Assembly (NCBI GenBank): GCA_040285825.1
Contig: JAUPSS010000001.1
Span: 2,604,001 to 2,668,000 of the forward strand
Length of the DNA: 64,000 nucleotides
Reading direction: 5' to 3'
Source of the DNA: Eukaryota sp. TZLM1-RC
Lineage: Eukaryota; Protista; Metamonada: BaSk clade
Made by a program: the position numbers and the translations under genes. Under the pieces are notes generated by a model, which made no database searches, was not told the origin of the DNA, and worked only from the letters and a program-made list of their open reading frames with translations. How positions within the stretch are numbered: the stretch's first letter is position 1; each line of letters starts with the position of its first letter. Of this stretch, positions 34,040 through 45,599 are shown piece after piece.

Positions 34040-35200
34040 TTATGAATAAGCGAAGCAATGAAAACGAGCAAGGGATTTTTAGAGGACACATTTGTTCAAG
34101 GAATTTCGTTATTATAAGTTCTGAGCGTATTTTATTAGGGGCCAAATTTATGTATTGTGATGATCTGCGGGGGTTAGACATTATACCTGAATGTAGAGTA
34201 ATTTATTACAAGGGAATGAGGATTTCCCTTAACTTAAGCACATGGGCGCAATAATACTATAACTATTAATAAACTATAAATAAACTATTATAAATATTAT
34301 CCAAGGCTAACACTGCCCTCAGAGTTGTCATTGGAACCACCCAAAGGTGATCCAATACGTATTGATGATCTGCGGGGGTTAGACATTATACCTGTATGTA
34401 GAGTAATTTATTACAAGGGAATGAGGATTTCCCTTAACTTAAGCGCGTGGGCGCAATATTACTATAACTATTAATAAACTATAAATAAACTATTATAAAT
34501 ATTATCCAAGGCTAACAATTGTGCAAATCATATCGAGTAGATTCCTGTTTAGAACCGCTGTTATCAAAATTAATTCTTGATGATCCCATTATTGATAGTA
34601 CGCGTTACAGCAGAGCTTCTATGGGTCTGACAAGAGGTGATCTAGTTGTTCCCGGTTTAAATGGTAGTTTTACTATTTTGGACGCCATGTCTATTGACCC
34701 TTGTGATTCCTCTAACGAACATCTCATTAACTCGGATGTAAATAATCCTCTTCTTGCAGGCGAAAAATAAAAAATTGCTAAATATGCGAAACCCATTTCC
34801 TCGATCAATGAAAATTCTCATGCCCAATATAATTTATGTCCCTTTGTTTTTTCTTTGCTTGGATCTGTGGGTAAGGCTGCTATGGCTTTTCTTGAGGATT
34901 TTGTTGTAGTTGTAAAGGAAGGAGCTGGAAGACTTTTCAGTCGTGTTTACTAACAAAACGGGATTGTATTTTCTATTTTTAAGGGAATGGTGAAACTGAT
35001 TTCTGATTCACTTTCTTCTTTTGGCAAATTTTCCGAATCTTTGGCAATTAATTGTTTTGATGTAGGGGAGGCAGGTTTTGAGGATGTGGAGTTTTCATTG
35101 TATATTTTATGTTTTCATATTTGTTGTTGAATTTATTTTTCTATTTATTTTTATTTTTTGGGAAAAAATATTTTATTAAGTTTTGTAGTTCAATAAATTA
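34040..35200 (+). mobile_element. Degenerate CRE-like RLE retrotransposon 3' fragment interrupted by a TRIM
   Basis: QIYVL|CKSYRVDSCLEPLL..RGDLVV..LD..SIDP..KIAKY..PFVFSLLG; limits approximate. Confidence 0.8.
34158..34517 (-). mobile_element. 360-bp TRIM-like miniature LTR element: two 155-bp LTRs, 50-bp internal region, 4-bp TSD ATTG
   Basis: Near-identical direct repeats 34158-34312 and 34363-34517 with TG..CA ends; attg at 34154-34157 and 34518-34521; excision restores the host retroelement frame. Confidence 0.92.
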
Positions 35201-35689
35201 TCATATTAGCTGATTAAATTATTGAATTAAAGTCTTGAATTGGTTGCTGTTTTTCGTATCAGTGGTACTGTTGTTTAGGAATTTAAAGGTATCAGAGGTT
35301 TATCATGTCACAAACACTGTTGGTCAAGCAATCTACTTTTTCTACCTCTGATGTTCTTTGAAAGAATCTCTTTCAACTAATTTGCATATTTTCATTTTTG
35401 ACATCAGAATATTGCTACTTGATGATGTTGCACATCAATGTCTGATAAAAATGGCTCAAAATAATGGCTCAAAATGAGATTATTGAACAAATTTTGATAG
35501 TTTAGTTCCATTTTGTCAAAAATCACGACACAACAGGATTTTGGAAATTAAAGTAATCTTTGGTAGGAGTGAATCTCCAGTTATTTTTCAGTTGATATTT
35601 CGAACAATAACTGTCACATTTCACATCTATTAGCAAGAAATGTAATTGAAAATGAATATGAAAATGAAGATTGAAGTTCTTCATCCTAA

Positions 35690-36400
35690 TTTAATAATAT
35701 TTTTTCATTAAACAACTTACAAATACACATATAAATAATCTACCTTTCCAAAAACAAAAAAGCTATATGCAATTCTCTCATAGTGCGATCCAAGAGAAAG
35801 CAAAGCATCAGAAACCATCTTCAACATCCCCTTAAAAATAGAAAACACAATTCTATTATGCCAAAACAATTTGTTAATATTTCAATTGGTTCTTTTTTTC
35901 ACAATCGTTTCAAAATCTGCCAAAAAACTTAAAGCAGTTGAAGCAAGTGAACCAAATAACAAAATGCCAACTATATTTTGCATGCTGTTGGATGGACAAT
36001 TTGGACAAAGGTTCACTGTATTTTTGGATTTTGAAATTTTCAGCATTTGAAAGAGGATTTTGAATTTCAAAATTAACAAGCCTTTCATTTGAGGCATTAC
36101 ATGGATGAACAGACATTACATCCACTAAAATGAAGGTTCCATCTAATCCAAGTAAATTGACATCACCTCTGTTATTCTTATAGAAATCATCTTCAGCAGC
36201 AAAAAAATTTCACAACAGAGGTTCCAAACAAGATTCAATTCTATGAGACTTGCACATACAATATAATTGGTCTCTTACAGCATCATGAACCTTGCTTCTA
36301 ACGGTAATAAAATGTTTTCAATTTAACAAGTGAGTTCATGAAACTTTTCGTCTACATTTGCAAATTAAATTCTGAGGTAAATTATCAGGCAAGATAAAGG
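35690..36400 (-). mobile_element. Degenerate CRE-like RLE retrotransposon 3' fragment
   Basis: ICKC..H..RSKVHDAVRDQLYCMCKSHRIES.LEPLL..RGD..LVDVMSVHP..KY; same subfamily as 53585-54245. Confidence 0.8.
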
Positions 36401-36431
36401 AGCGAAATCTCACCTTCAATGTCCAGGTGGA

Positions 36432-38843
36432 TAGGATTTCGATTTGAGTTGAGTCGAGTTGAGTTGACTCATTCTTACATCCATTGACTCGACTCGACTC
36501 GACTCATTCTTACATCCATTGAGACAAGTCCACCTTAACATTATCATAACCATTGTTCTATTTACATTTTTGATGTCTGTTCTGTTCAAATATCATGTCA
36601 TATCAAATAAAAATCATACTTTATTTCAAAATGTTCAAACGTAAAAACTAAAATCTACTCACCTCACTATAACTAACTATCAACCATTATGTGTTGTTTT
36701 TTATACCATGACCTTAAACATAACAAACATCTTGCACTATCTTCGTTCAAACGAGCTCTCTTTTTGCTGATTATTTGACTAGCGGCTGAAAATAGGCGTT
36801 CACTTGATGCGGAACTGGGTTGTACAACAAGATAATCTTTTGCAATCTTAGCCAAGCTTGGATACTTTTTCACATTCTCCATCCACCACAGATAGGGATC
36901 GGTTTCATAATCTGCAATACCTTCCTTGAGATAACATTTCAGTACATTTTCGACATGGAGATTCATTACATTGGATTTCTTGGCAGCAACTTTATTGAAC
37001 AATCCCTTTTTCCTTACTGTTTGCTTTGTTCCAGCTTCTACAATGGTTGGTTGACTAGTTGAACTCACTGATTGAATCATTCTATTAAATAGGTGATCTT
37101 GTCCCTTTCTTCACCTCCGCACAATTAAGAACGCATAAATAGAATATCATCAGTATTTTTATATAAAGACTAAAGTCGGCATCGACTTCTTGTAGTTCCA
37201 CTGGTAAGAGACTTGGATTGTTTTTAATCCTAGGGTCCAGAATAGTTCCAATCAAAGTCATTTCGTCGTACAATAAACTTCTATACGGTACACGGTTTCT
37301 ACTCCCACTTTCCCACTTTTTGAGAATATTTGTAGATGCTTTTTTGACACAGTCAGGTATGTTCATTGCGGTAATCAAATCTCTGGCTTTCTGGATTATC
37401 AAATTCATTGATACAGAAGCCACGCCAATTGTACACGACTCACTTTCAACATCATCAGTGGCGTCCTTAAAGAGTTCCAGAATTTCAACAATTATCTTCA
37501 AGTGTAGCTTTTCTATGTCAGTCAATAAGTATTTAGCAAGGGATTGATCACCTTGAAGAAGCTGTTGGACACAAGTTGCAACTTCACGGTAAGTTGCCAG
37601 CATTTGATAAAAAGAATTCCATCTTGTTACAACATACATTGAAATCGTACTGAGGTTGTAACCAGCATCTTTTAATAAACATTTTAAATTCTGGTACAGT
37701 TTGTGTGAACCATGAAGCTCCAATACAAACTCTTTGATTTTTCTTGTGAAATCAGCTCTCAAATTGACATAATCTTGTACAAAAATAGTGAAAACATGAG
37801 CAGAACATCTGCGACCATTGGAAATCCAATTTGCAGCATTTGAAATTGCCAATTCGTTGTCCGTAGTGACAGAAATAATTCTTTCTTCAAGATGAAAATA
37901 CGACTTTTGGCTACTGAAGACCAAAGATCCGCTGTTAAAGCGATTTTCGAATTTGACGCTTGGAGAGTGTCTTTGAGTCTAGACTGTTCTTCCTCAAACA
38001 GCTGTTCACAGAATTTTTTCTGAGTATCCTTTTTCTTCAGCTCAATTTCGGATTTAGGGCAGCAATAAATATTTGAAAACTCTCATGTTCGACAATATTA
38101 AAAGGCAGATCACAATCCACCAATACTTTGGTGAATAAACCTTGGAGCATATCTTGTTTCTGCTTCTTTTGCTGTTGCGGAGTCCCGAACAGAGTATTTG
38201 ATTGAATGGGATTGTTTGCTTTCCAGGTAGGATGTTGAGAATCGAGGTGCCTTTTGATTGTGGTGGTCGAAAGAGACTGCGAATTCCAGGAGGGTCCATG
38301 ACAGTGCTTGCATGTCTTTTTGCCAGGGGCCCTTTGCTTATCTGTTACATGGGGCCACACATCAAATCTTTGTCGAGGGGAACTTATTTCAGTTGTTGGT
38401 TGAGTTTCAGAAGCATCATCGTAATATCTGTTCGGAACAATTGACATGGGTACAGCAAAGTTTCTTATATCCGAGAATCGTCGAGGTTCTTGAATTTGTT
38501 CTACGTCAACAACAGGAATATTGGACATTGTTAACAGAATAGATAAGAGTTACAAAAGAAAAAACGGTGTCTTTATTACAGGTCTAGAATGTACGATCTT
38601 TTGATGATCTTTTGATTGATGTTAGATACAAGTTGTTGGTTTATTAAGGATCAACAACGCAATTTTGACATGTTTTTGAAAAATAGGAGAGGAAGAGGTT
38701 TTATGCCGCAAGTTGACGAATGTGAGTCGACTTGACTCATTTGAATAATAAGTGACTCGACTCGACTCATGAGTCAAACGAGTCGAGTCGAGTCGAGTCA
38801 ACTCGAAACTCAATGAGTTGACTCAACTCAAATGGAAATCCTA
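36432..38843 (-). mobile_element. hAT DNA transposon with broken transposase
   Basis: 24-bp TIRs taggatttc(g/c)atttgagttgagtc, 8-bp TSD CAGGTGGA (36424-36431, 38844-38851), GAGTC subterminal arrays, BED finger (VWPHV..CKHC..IKRHLDSQH), TADLW, VTTDN, TRWNS, LWW..YPSL..SSASSERLFS. Confidence 0.95.
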
Positions 38844-38882
38844 CAGGTGGAATTAATAAAAGTTCATCATCATCTTCACACT

Positions 38883-39725
38883 ATGGTCTTTTCCACAGTT
38901 CTCAGATATGTTCGGTTGTTCTTCTATTACCTTTATTTCTTGTTCCTATTTAATGTTATACCAATCTTTGCCCTTTTGTTGTATCCTATTTGTGGTGCCC
39001 GCAGAACCTACCACGGTTGCATTAACTTCATTGTTCATATCCTACTCAAGTCTGATATTAATCTAATTGGCTCTCGTGCTTCAGAAGTTGAAACATTCAA
39101 TGGAATTATACTACTTTCTCACAAGTCACACTTGGATTTCCTTCTAGGTTTTGTTTTCGGAGATGCCTGTACTTTGGGTCGTCTGCTGGTAGCCGTTGCT
39201 TGCCCGTTTATGTTTCTCTGTGGAATTCTTTCAAAAACCTTAATTGTTTTCAACAGGGCTAGCAAAAAGTCTCGCAAGATTCCCCTCCGAGAACGATTTG
39301 CTAAGGCTTTAGCCCAACGTGGTAGACTCATCATTTTCCCCGAAGGACACCGATTACCAATAAGAGGAACACTCTCGCCCCTTAGAACTGGTTCCATAGC
39401 TTATGCTTTCGACCAAGATATTCCCATTCTAGTAGCTCCTTGTGAAGGGGCGCAAACTGTTATGAACTATTCACTAGGTAAGATTCGCCGGAATATGCCA
39501 ATTGTTATCAACTGTAAAGAGGTGGTTAACCCTGCAGACTTTGCCGAAATTGAAGAATTCATTGAGTATATTGAGCATTTATTTAAGGAAGGTTACAGTG
39601 AGGCTTGTAATGAATTTGATTCCATTGTAGGCAAGAGATATCCTGAAATTAATATAGAACAAATTGTAAACGAATCAAAAGACCATTTAGATACAGCTAA
39701 ATTGAGTAAACAAAAAATTCATTAA
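38883..39725 (+). CDS. 1-acylglycerol-3-phosphate acyltransferase (PlsC/AGPAT family)
   Basis: SHKSHLD (HX4D) and FPEGHR motifs, N-terminal TM; native ATG probably 38883 because the 38832 ATG lies inside the hAT TIR. Confidence 0.88.
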   Translation: MVFSTVLRYVRLFFYYLYFLFLFNVIPIFALLLYPICGARRTYHGCINFIVHILLKSDINLIGSRASEVETFNGIILLSHKSHLDFLLGFVFGDACTLGRLLVAVACPFMFLCGILSKTLIVFNRASKKSRKIPLRERFAKALAQRGRLIIFPEGHRLPIRGTLSPLRTGSIAYAFDQDIPILVAPCEGAQTVMNYSLGKIRRNMPIVINCKEVVNPADFAEIEEFIEYIEHLFKEGYSEACNEFDSIVGKRYPEINIEQIVNESKDHLDTAKLSKQKIH

Positions 39726-39763
39726 TGGCCTTAAATAAAATATATTACATTTAATAAAATAAT

Positions 39764-40279
39764 CTAATTTGTTATTATCTTCTCCAACAGTGAATTAAAA
39801 CAGTCATTTACACCTTTTCCTGTACTGGCCGATGTCTCAAAATAGACTAGATTTTCCTTCTTGCACCAATTGGTCGCTTCTTCTTTGGATATTTTTCTAT
39901 TGGACTTATCCACCTTGTTTCCACAAACATGGATAACACAATTCGATGGTAGATTATACTTATTCGCTTCAGCAAGCCAGTTGCGCATGTTCTCAAAGGA
40001 TGATCTACTGCAAACGTCGAACAGTAGCACAGCTCCTTGAGCGTCGCTATAAAACTCAGACCTAACATCTAAGAAATCTAGAGCACCGGAAAGGTCAAAG
40101 AAGCTGACCAAAATAGGAGTAGAAGATAGAGTCAAGGGCTTAACACCATAGTCAATGCCAATGGTGGCCAAGTATTTGGAAACAAAGCGATTTTCACAGT
40201 AACGTTTGATGAAGGTAGATTTGCCAACAGACTGGTCGCCCATGCTAATGAGCTTTATACGACGTCTCGAGGACGTCAT
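39764..40279 (-). CDS. RJL: RJL family small GTPase (DNAJC27-like GTPase domain, no J domain)
   Basis: RIKLISMG..VGKS..IKRYCE.RFVSKYLATIGIDYGV, FFDLSG lacking the catalytic Gln, VRSEFY, NKVD, ETSA; no CaaX. Confidence 0.88.
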   Translation of the reverse strand: MTSSRRRIKLISMGDQSVGKSTFIKRYCENRFVSKYLATIGIDYGVKPLTLSSTPILVSFFDLSGALDFLDVRSEFYSDAQGAVLLFDVCSRSSFENMRNWLAEANKYNLPSNCVIHVCGNKVDKSNRKISKEEATNWCKKENLVYFETSASTGKGVNDCFNSLLEKIITN

Positions 40280-40797
40280 TCATGTACAAAGTATTGAGAT
40301 AACCAGATAGAAGAATTCAATTTCTTATTTCAAACACTTGACGACTGTTTGAAGTTAATTTTTATACAATTAGTAATATTGCTCCAGTACTTTCACCTCA
40401 ACATTCACGCAGTTGTGTTCATTCAAATGTATGTACTCTTTTTTCATGAATTTTCTCTTTTGTGAGTGGTGATCCCAGCCAATTAATTGCTGGTATTGGA
40501 GACTTGGAATAGCTAAAACATATGAGATGGAAAGAACCCACCTAAGGAAAAGGTTTGGCGTATTTTTTCCGAAAAGGTTGGTTATAAGGTCTTTTCAATT
40601 GATGAGTCTCGAACCAATTGTTGTTGTTTCAATTGTAGGAAAGTTGAAACATTCAGATGTTGTATTAATCTGGGGCTGTGGAACATATTTAAATTCGTCA
40701 CTGCCTTGATTTAGAAAGAGAATCCCATGTCAATGGTGGAATTTATTTATCTCCACCTTGAAAGGTTTCCAAAAACACACTCCATTTACATCTTTTT

Positions 40798-41904
40798 ATG
40801 ACTATTCCAGCTACTCTCGAACGTGTTGGATTCTTCTTGGGCCATCACTTGAACACTATTCGAGACTTAAGAGTTGCTGTCATTGGTCTTGGAGGTGTTG
40901 GTTCCTCAGCGGTTGTATCACTTGCAAGAACAGGAATCCAACACTTCTTCATTCAAGATGGAGATACTCTGGATCCGAGTGCTCTCAACCGGCATGCTTG
41001 TGCAACTTTAGCAGATATTGGACAGTCAAAAACTCAAGTTTTACATAGTTTCCTGCCCTGTCTAAATCCAGACGTGGAAATAACGTCTTTAGACCAGTAT
41101 TTTTGTGAAGAAAACAGTGAAGAGTTGTTTAAGTTTAAACCAGATTACGTTGTGGCTGCCTTTGACAACTTGCCAACATTAGAACTGATGGTAGCACGCT
41201 GTGTTGAGCGTAATGTAAAGGTTATTACTAGTTGTGGAGCAGCGACAAAATGCAATCCTACATTAATTACAAGTGGAGACATATCAGATGTGGCTGTCTG
41301 TAAAATGGGTAGAGCGCTTAAGCAACGTTTGGCTAAGCGGGGAATTCACAGAGGAGTGCCGGTAATCTTTTCAACGGAGAAAGTTGTTGCTGAACCTATC
41401 AAGAGTAAACCTACTGAAGTTACGGGTGAAACCAAGCCCTCACTCAAGTTTAGGAGTTCAAAGCTCCCTTCCATGATGGGTGTACCTTCCGCTTTTGGAC
41501 ACTGTCTTGCATCCTGGATAATTAGTGATGTTGCTGGTTTTGAATTTTCCACTCCCCCACTACAATGTGGTAGAAGCAGATTCTATAATTCCATTGTTTC
41601 TGAAACCCAAAAACTTGGCTTTACCTTCTTGAATTCTCTCGATTTATCAGTGATTGAAGAGTTGGTTGAGGTTTATTTTAAGGGGAATTCCGTTCTATCA
41701 AAACAGCCCCGTAAACTGTGTTTCTGCAAGTGGGATCCTGAAATTGGGGGAGTTGATGCACAGAATATTGTCCTAGTTACTGTGAAGGAAGCTGAAAAAC
41801 ATCTCAAATATAAGAAGAAGGAAGACTTCGAGTATGAGTCGTCCATTACTGAATTTGTGGACAAATTAGTTGTAACGGCAAGCAAATTTGTTTCGAATTT
41901 TTAA
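40798..41904 (+). CDS. ThiF/E1-like tRNA threonylcarbamoyladenosine dehydratase (TcdA/TCD1-2 like)
   Basis: VAVIGLGGVGS, SALNRHA.ATLADIG.SK, SCGAA.K.NP, PVIFSTEK, PSAFG. Confidence 0.85.
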   Translation: MTIPATLERVGFFLGHHLNTIRDLRVAVIGLGGVGSSAVVSLARTGIQHFFIQDGDTLDPSALNRHACATLADIGQSKTQVLHSFLPCLNPDVEITSLDQYFCEENSEELFKFKPDYVVAAFDNLPTLELMVARCVERNVKVITSCGAATKCNPTLITSGDISDVAVCKMGRALKQRLAKRGIHRGVPVIFSTEKVVAEPIKSKPTEVTGETKPSLKFRSSKLPSMMGVPSAFGHCLASWIISDVAGFEFSTPPLQCGRSRFYNSIVSETQKLGFTFLNSLDLSVIEELVEVYFKGNSVLSKQPRKLCFCKWDPEIGGVDAQNIVLVTVKEAEKHLKYKKKEDFEYESSITEFVDKLVVTASKFVSNF

Positions 41905-42239
41905 ATTTATCATTTAATTAAATTAATTAGTTCTTATTTCAAATGGTTTAAGAATTCATTTAAGTAGTGTTGAGATTTAATATAAATAGGCAACATAGAG
42001 TATACTATACCAGTACCCTATTATTATTTACATTGAGGCTCTAATGATACAATTGATTATGCAGAAACATATCAAATTTTGCCATATTTATGCCATTGTT
42101 TTGATTCAAAATTTGATAGTATATTCATCGCAATTCTTCGCATGTTGCTGACACCAAGGCGAATATAAGCTTCCATTCATAAGTCTTGTTCAAATTCTAG
42201 TTGGTAGGCGTGTATTGGTTGATAACATTAACAAGGTAA

Positions 42240-42907
42240 CAACGTACTTATTTAAACTTCTCAATAATACAATTCTTCAGTTACCATCTGAAAAATTAAA
42301 CTCCCGACACAAGCAAATACACTTCTCTCATAAATAAATCCAAGATAATTTCTCTCAAAGGAAAACAATAAACGAGACACAATCTGCAGCACCCTTAACA
42401 ATAATAAAGACAATTACATTCTTCCAAAATAAACTATTGAAACTCAATTGGCCTGTTTTTAACAACCTGTTCAAAACCTCCCAGAAAACGTAAAGTAGCA
42501 AGGACGAACCATGTAAGAAAAATCCAATTATTTACCAATTGTATTTTGTGTTTGGGTTATTAAGATAAAGGCTCAATATTTTTTCATTTAGAAATTTTCA
42601 ACAATTGAAAGAGGATTGTGAACTTCTTAAATAATTTTCATCAAAAGCATTACCAGGGTGAACAGACAATAAACTAATGAAATAAGATGTTCTATCCAGT
42701 CCTGTTAACACCGGATCACCTCTAATGTTTAATCACAAAATCACCCTCAGTCTCAACAAAGATTTAGAATGGTGGTTCCAATCAACATTCCTTTCTATGA
42801 GACTTGCACAAACATAATGGTCTCTATATAATTGATTTCTTACATCATCATGAACTTTTCTTCTAGAGGTAATTGAATTCAATTGTGAAAACGAATGAGA
42901 GCTATTT
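42240..42907 (-). mobile_element. Highly degenerate CRE-like RLE retrotransposon 3' fragment
   Basis: SRRKVHDDVRNQL, RGD, VHPGN, KY remnants similar to 35690-36400. Confidence 0.65.
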
Positions 42908-44334
42908 TGTTGGCGCCCTAAGGCTTATATAATATGATTAGAAAATAAATCAACTTTTCCTCATTGACTTTTCTTTACTACAATAGACTTTAGGCAACAA
43001 TAATTATTGGCCATTTTAAAGTCAAAAGGTATACCATAACTTCAGCACTTTACTAGTAAACATCCCCAGAAACCAGAAACCTTTACAGCATGTCAGACAT
43101 CTTTCAGCAAGATATCTCTGACCCTAATCCCCAACTAACATGCAGCAGGAACCAGCGACACATATACATAATAAAGAGGGTAACGAGGCAACGGACCCGG
43201 ACCCCACCTCCCCCTCTCTAAAAGTGAAAGATGAAAGAGTGGACGAGGTCCCTCCATCTTCAGCAATGGAAGAGGTAACGAGAACGGACCCGGCTCCCTC
43301 TCCCCTCAAAAGAAAAGAAGAAACAGATGAGGTAACGAGAACGGACCCGGTTCCCTCTCCCCTCAAAGCAATGGAAGAGGTAACGAGAACGGACCCGGCT
43401 CCCTCTCCCCTCCCAATTGTAGAACCTGTCTCAAAGGGAACGGATGGAAATCCCACCTTAGACACGTCTTCTGCATTAGGAGAATATGAAGAAATTCACA
43501 TAATCTCAATTTGATGAGATGGAAGGAGAAAATGACTCCAGTGATGGATGCTCCTAACAAGGACACAGAGCCTTACCTCGAATCAATGGACTTTTATTCA
43601 TTCGAGCAGCTCCCTTCCTTATGGAGCCAAACACAAGAAAAGTCGACCAAAAACGAGGTAACGAGTAGAAACTCCGCCTCCACTGTTATTGTACTAAAAT
43701 GCAAAAATACGGTCTTTGCTCCTCTGATATTTTTATTTGTAAAGCCAGTACTTTAACAACAAAAGACGCCGCCTTCAGGTTTCTGAAGTTTGTTACTTCG
43801 TTTACTGTTGTTTTGATCCAACATGGACCCTGCATGATCATTAGCGAATCCATTCTTCGATTCCATGATACCTTTACTAAACGACACTACCACGTTACTC
43901 GTTTACGAAAAAGGGAAGAAGCAGAGCGCTTTATGTAGCGATTAAAACATACACAACAAAGTATTCAAACACACAGATCTTGGAACGAGGCCCTTTTCAG
44001 TTATTGCTTACTATTTTATACTAACATTATTGCAGGAAAGTCATAGTACATCAATTGTCGATCTTAAAAATGTAAAACAAGTGTTTGTGTGAATCCCAAT
44101 CACTACAAAGATAATTGTAGGCAATAGAAAACATTAGAATTTGGTATCTAGTTCTTAGTAGTTATAGTTATTTAGTTATTTGTTCATAGTTTTAGTTTCA
44201 TATTCATATGAGCTGATTTATTTTGAAAAAGGGAAGAAGCAGTGTTGGCGCCCTAAGGCTTATATAATATGATTAGAAAATAAATCAACTTTTCCTCATT
44301 GACTTTTCTTTACTACAATAGACTTTAGGCAACA
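42908..44334 (+). mobile_element. 1427-bp non-autonomous LTR element with identical 92-bp LTRs, PPT and 4-bp TSD ATTT
   Basis: LTRs 42908-42999 and 44243-44334 (TGTTG..CAACA) identical; PPT GAAAAAGGGAAGAAGCAG 44225-44242; attt on both flanks; no recognisable gag or pol. Confidence 0.93.
43272..43412 (+). repeat. Three 36-bp coding repeats (EVTRTDPAPSPL) inside the LTR element
   Basis: gaggtaacgagaacggacccggctccctctcccctc at 43272, 43329 (1 mismatch) and 43377. Confidence 0.9.
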
Positions 44335-45599
44335 ATTTATCAAATAGAATTAGGGAAGTAATTTGGACAATTTCACCAAAAAATGATGAATATTCTCAAT
44401 TTCAAGGTTGTTGACAATCAAAAATGATGACTGTTTGCTACCTTATGAACAATACTGAATATTTATTAAATTTGCACACCTAACAAAATGATCTCATAAC
44501 CAATGAGACGAAACATTATTATAAGATCAATATTTAGAACAATGGTTGCTGATGAAGAAAAAACAAAAGTGATAACTGAATTCATTGCAATCTATCATTT
44601 TTAATCAATTGAAAAACTAAGTTGTTGATTTAACGTGTTAATTAAGAAGTAAATCTATGTTTCATTTGTGATTGTACTTAATCTATAATAATAATGAAAA
44701 GAAAACTGTTAATTGAACTAAAGTTCTATATCTTGCCTCTGCAAAGTCGAACAATTTATCACTAGAGCCTCAAGAAACCTACTAAATGAAGATAACGTAT
44801 CATGTATTAATCATTAATTGTACCAATGTTGGAAAAAGCAAATCCATTTTGTCAATTAGCACCTTGAAAATTCTTCCTGTTCACTCTCCAACAACGGAGA
44901 ATTGAGAAATGTTCAAAAAAAAGTAAAATAAACTATATATATAATTTCTCATCCTACTTTGAGTTGTCATGCTTTGTTAAGTTGTCGCTTTGATGTTTGT
45001 AGGGAAGGAATGTAATAGAAAGGATAAGATACAGAATCATAAACAGTTAACATGAATCAACATCAAGGCATTTGTAAATTATTGTGTAGACGATAGTGTT
45101 GGTGATAGGCCTCCGTATTTGTCTTAAGTTAGAGCCTCTTACTACAGGGAATCTGTAGCATTTTTGAATTTTTCGTTAAAACAATTGATAATGCTACCCC
45201 GCCTGTTCCAGCACAACGAAAATTCCCTTGCTTTCTCTCTCCACCACTACTTTCTGTATCTTTTCTATTGCTCTTTTTGTAACCCCTTCAACCCCACTAT
45301 CACTACTACCATCCTCCTTTACTTCTTTCAGTCTTTTGTCAAATTGCCTAAACATATTGTTTCTCCTCTTGTGAATTATAGAAACTCTTTAGTTATTACA
45401 ACATATTCTATTATGTATTTATTATGTATTCATTTGTGTGTTTTCTGTTATTTTGTGAGGGTTCTGATCAAATATCCAGAGAAATTCTTATTTATATTTA
45501 GGATCTCTATTCAAAATCATAGAAACGACTGGGTCATCTTCTTTCATTCAGTCTTTGGACTGCCTGAAGCTGGTTACGGTCAAGAAATTTGATGAAGTT

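Noticed and set aside
38725-38830. Dense GAGTC/GACTC pentamer arrays (also 36446-36505) that could suggest a CRISPR or iteron array
   Set aside because: No unique spacers; they are subterminal repeats inside hAT TIRs bounded by an 8-bp TSD
45097-45550. TGTTGG-starting segment with small hairpins as another LTR (similarly 7034-7135)
   Set aside because: No second copy, matching terminus or TSD found in the window
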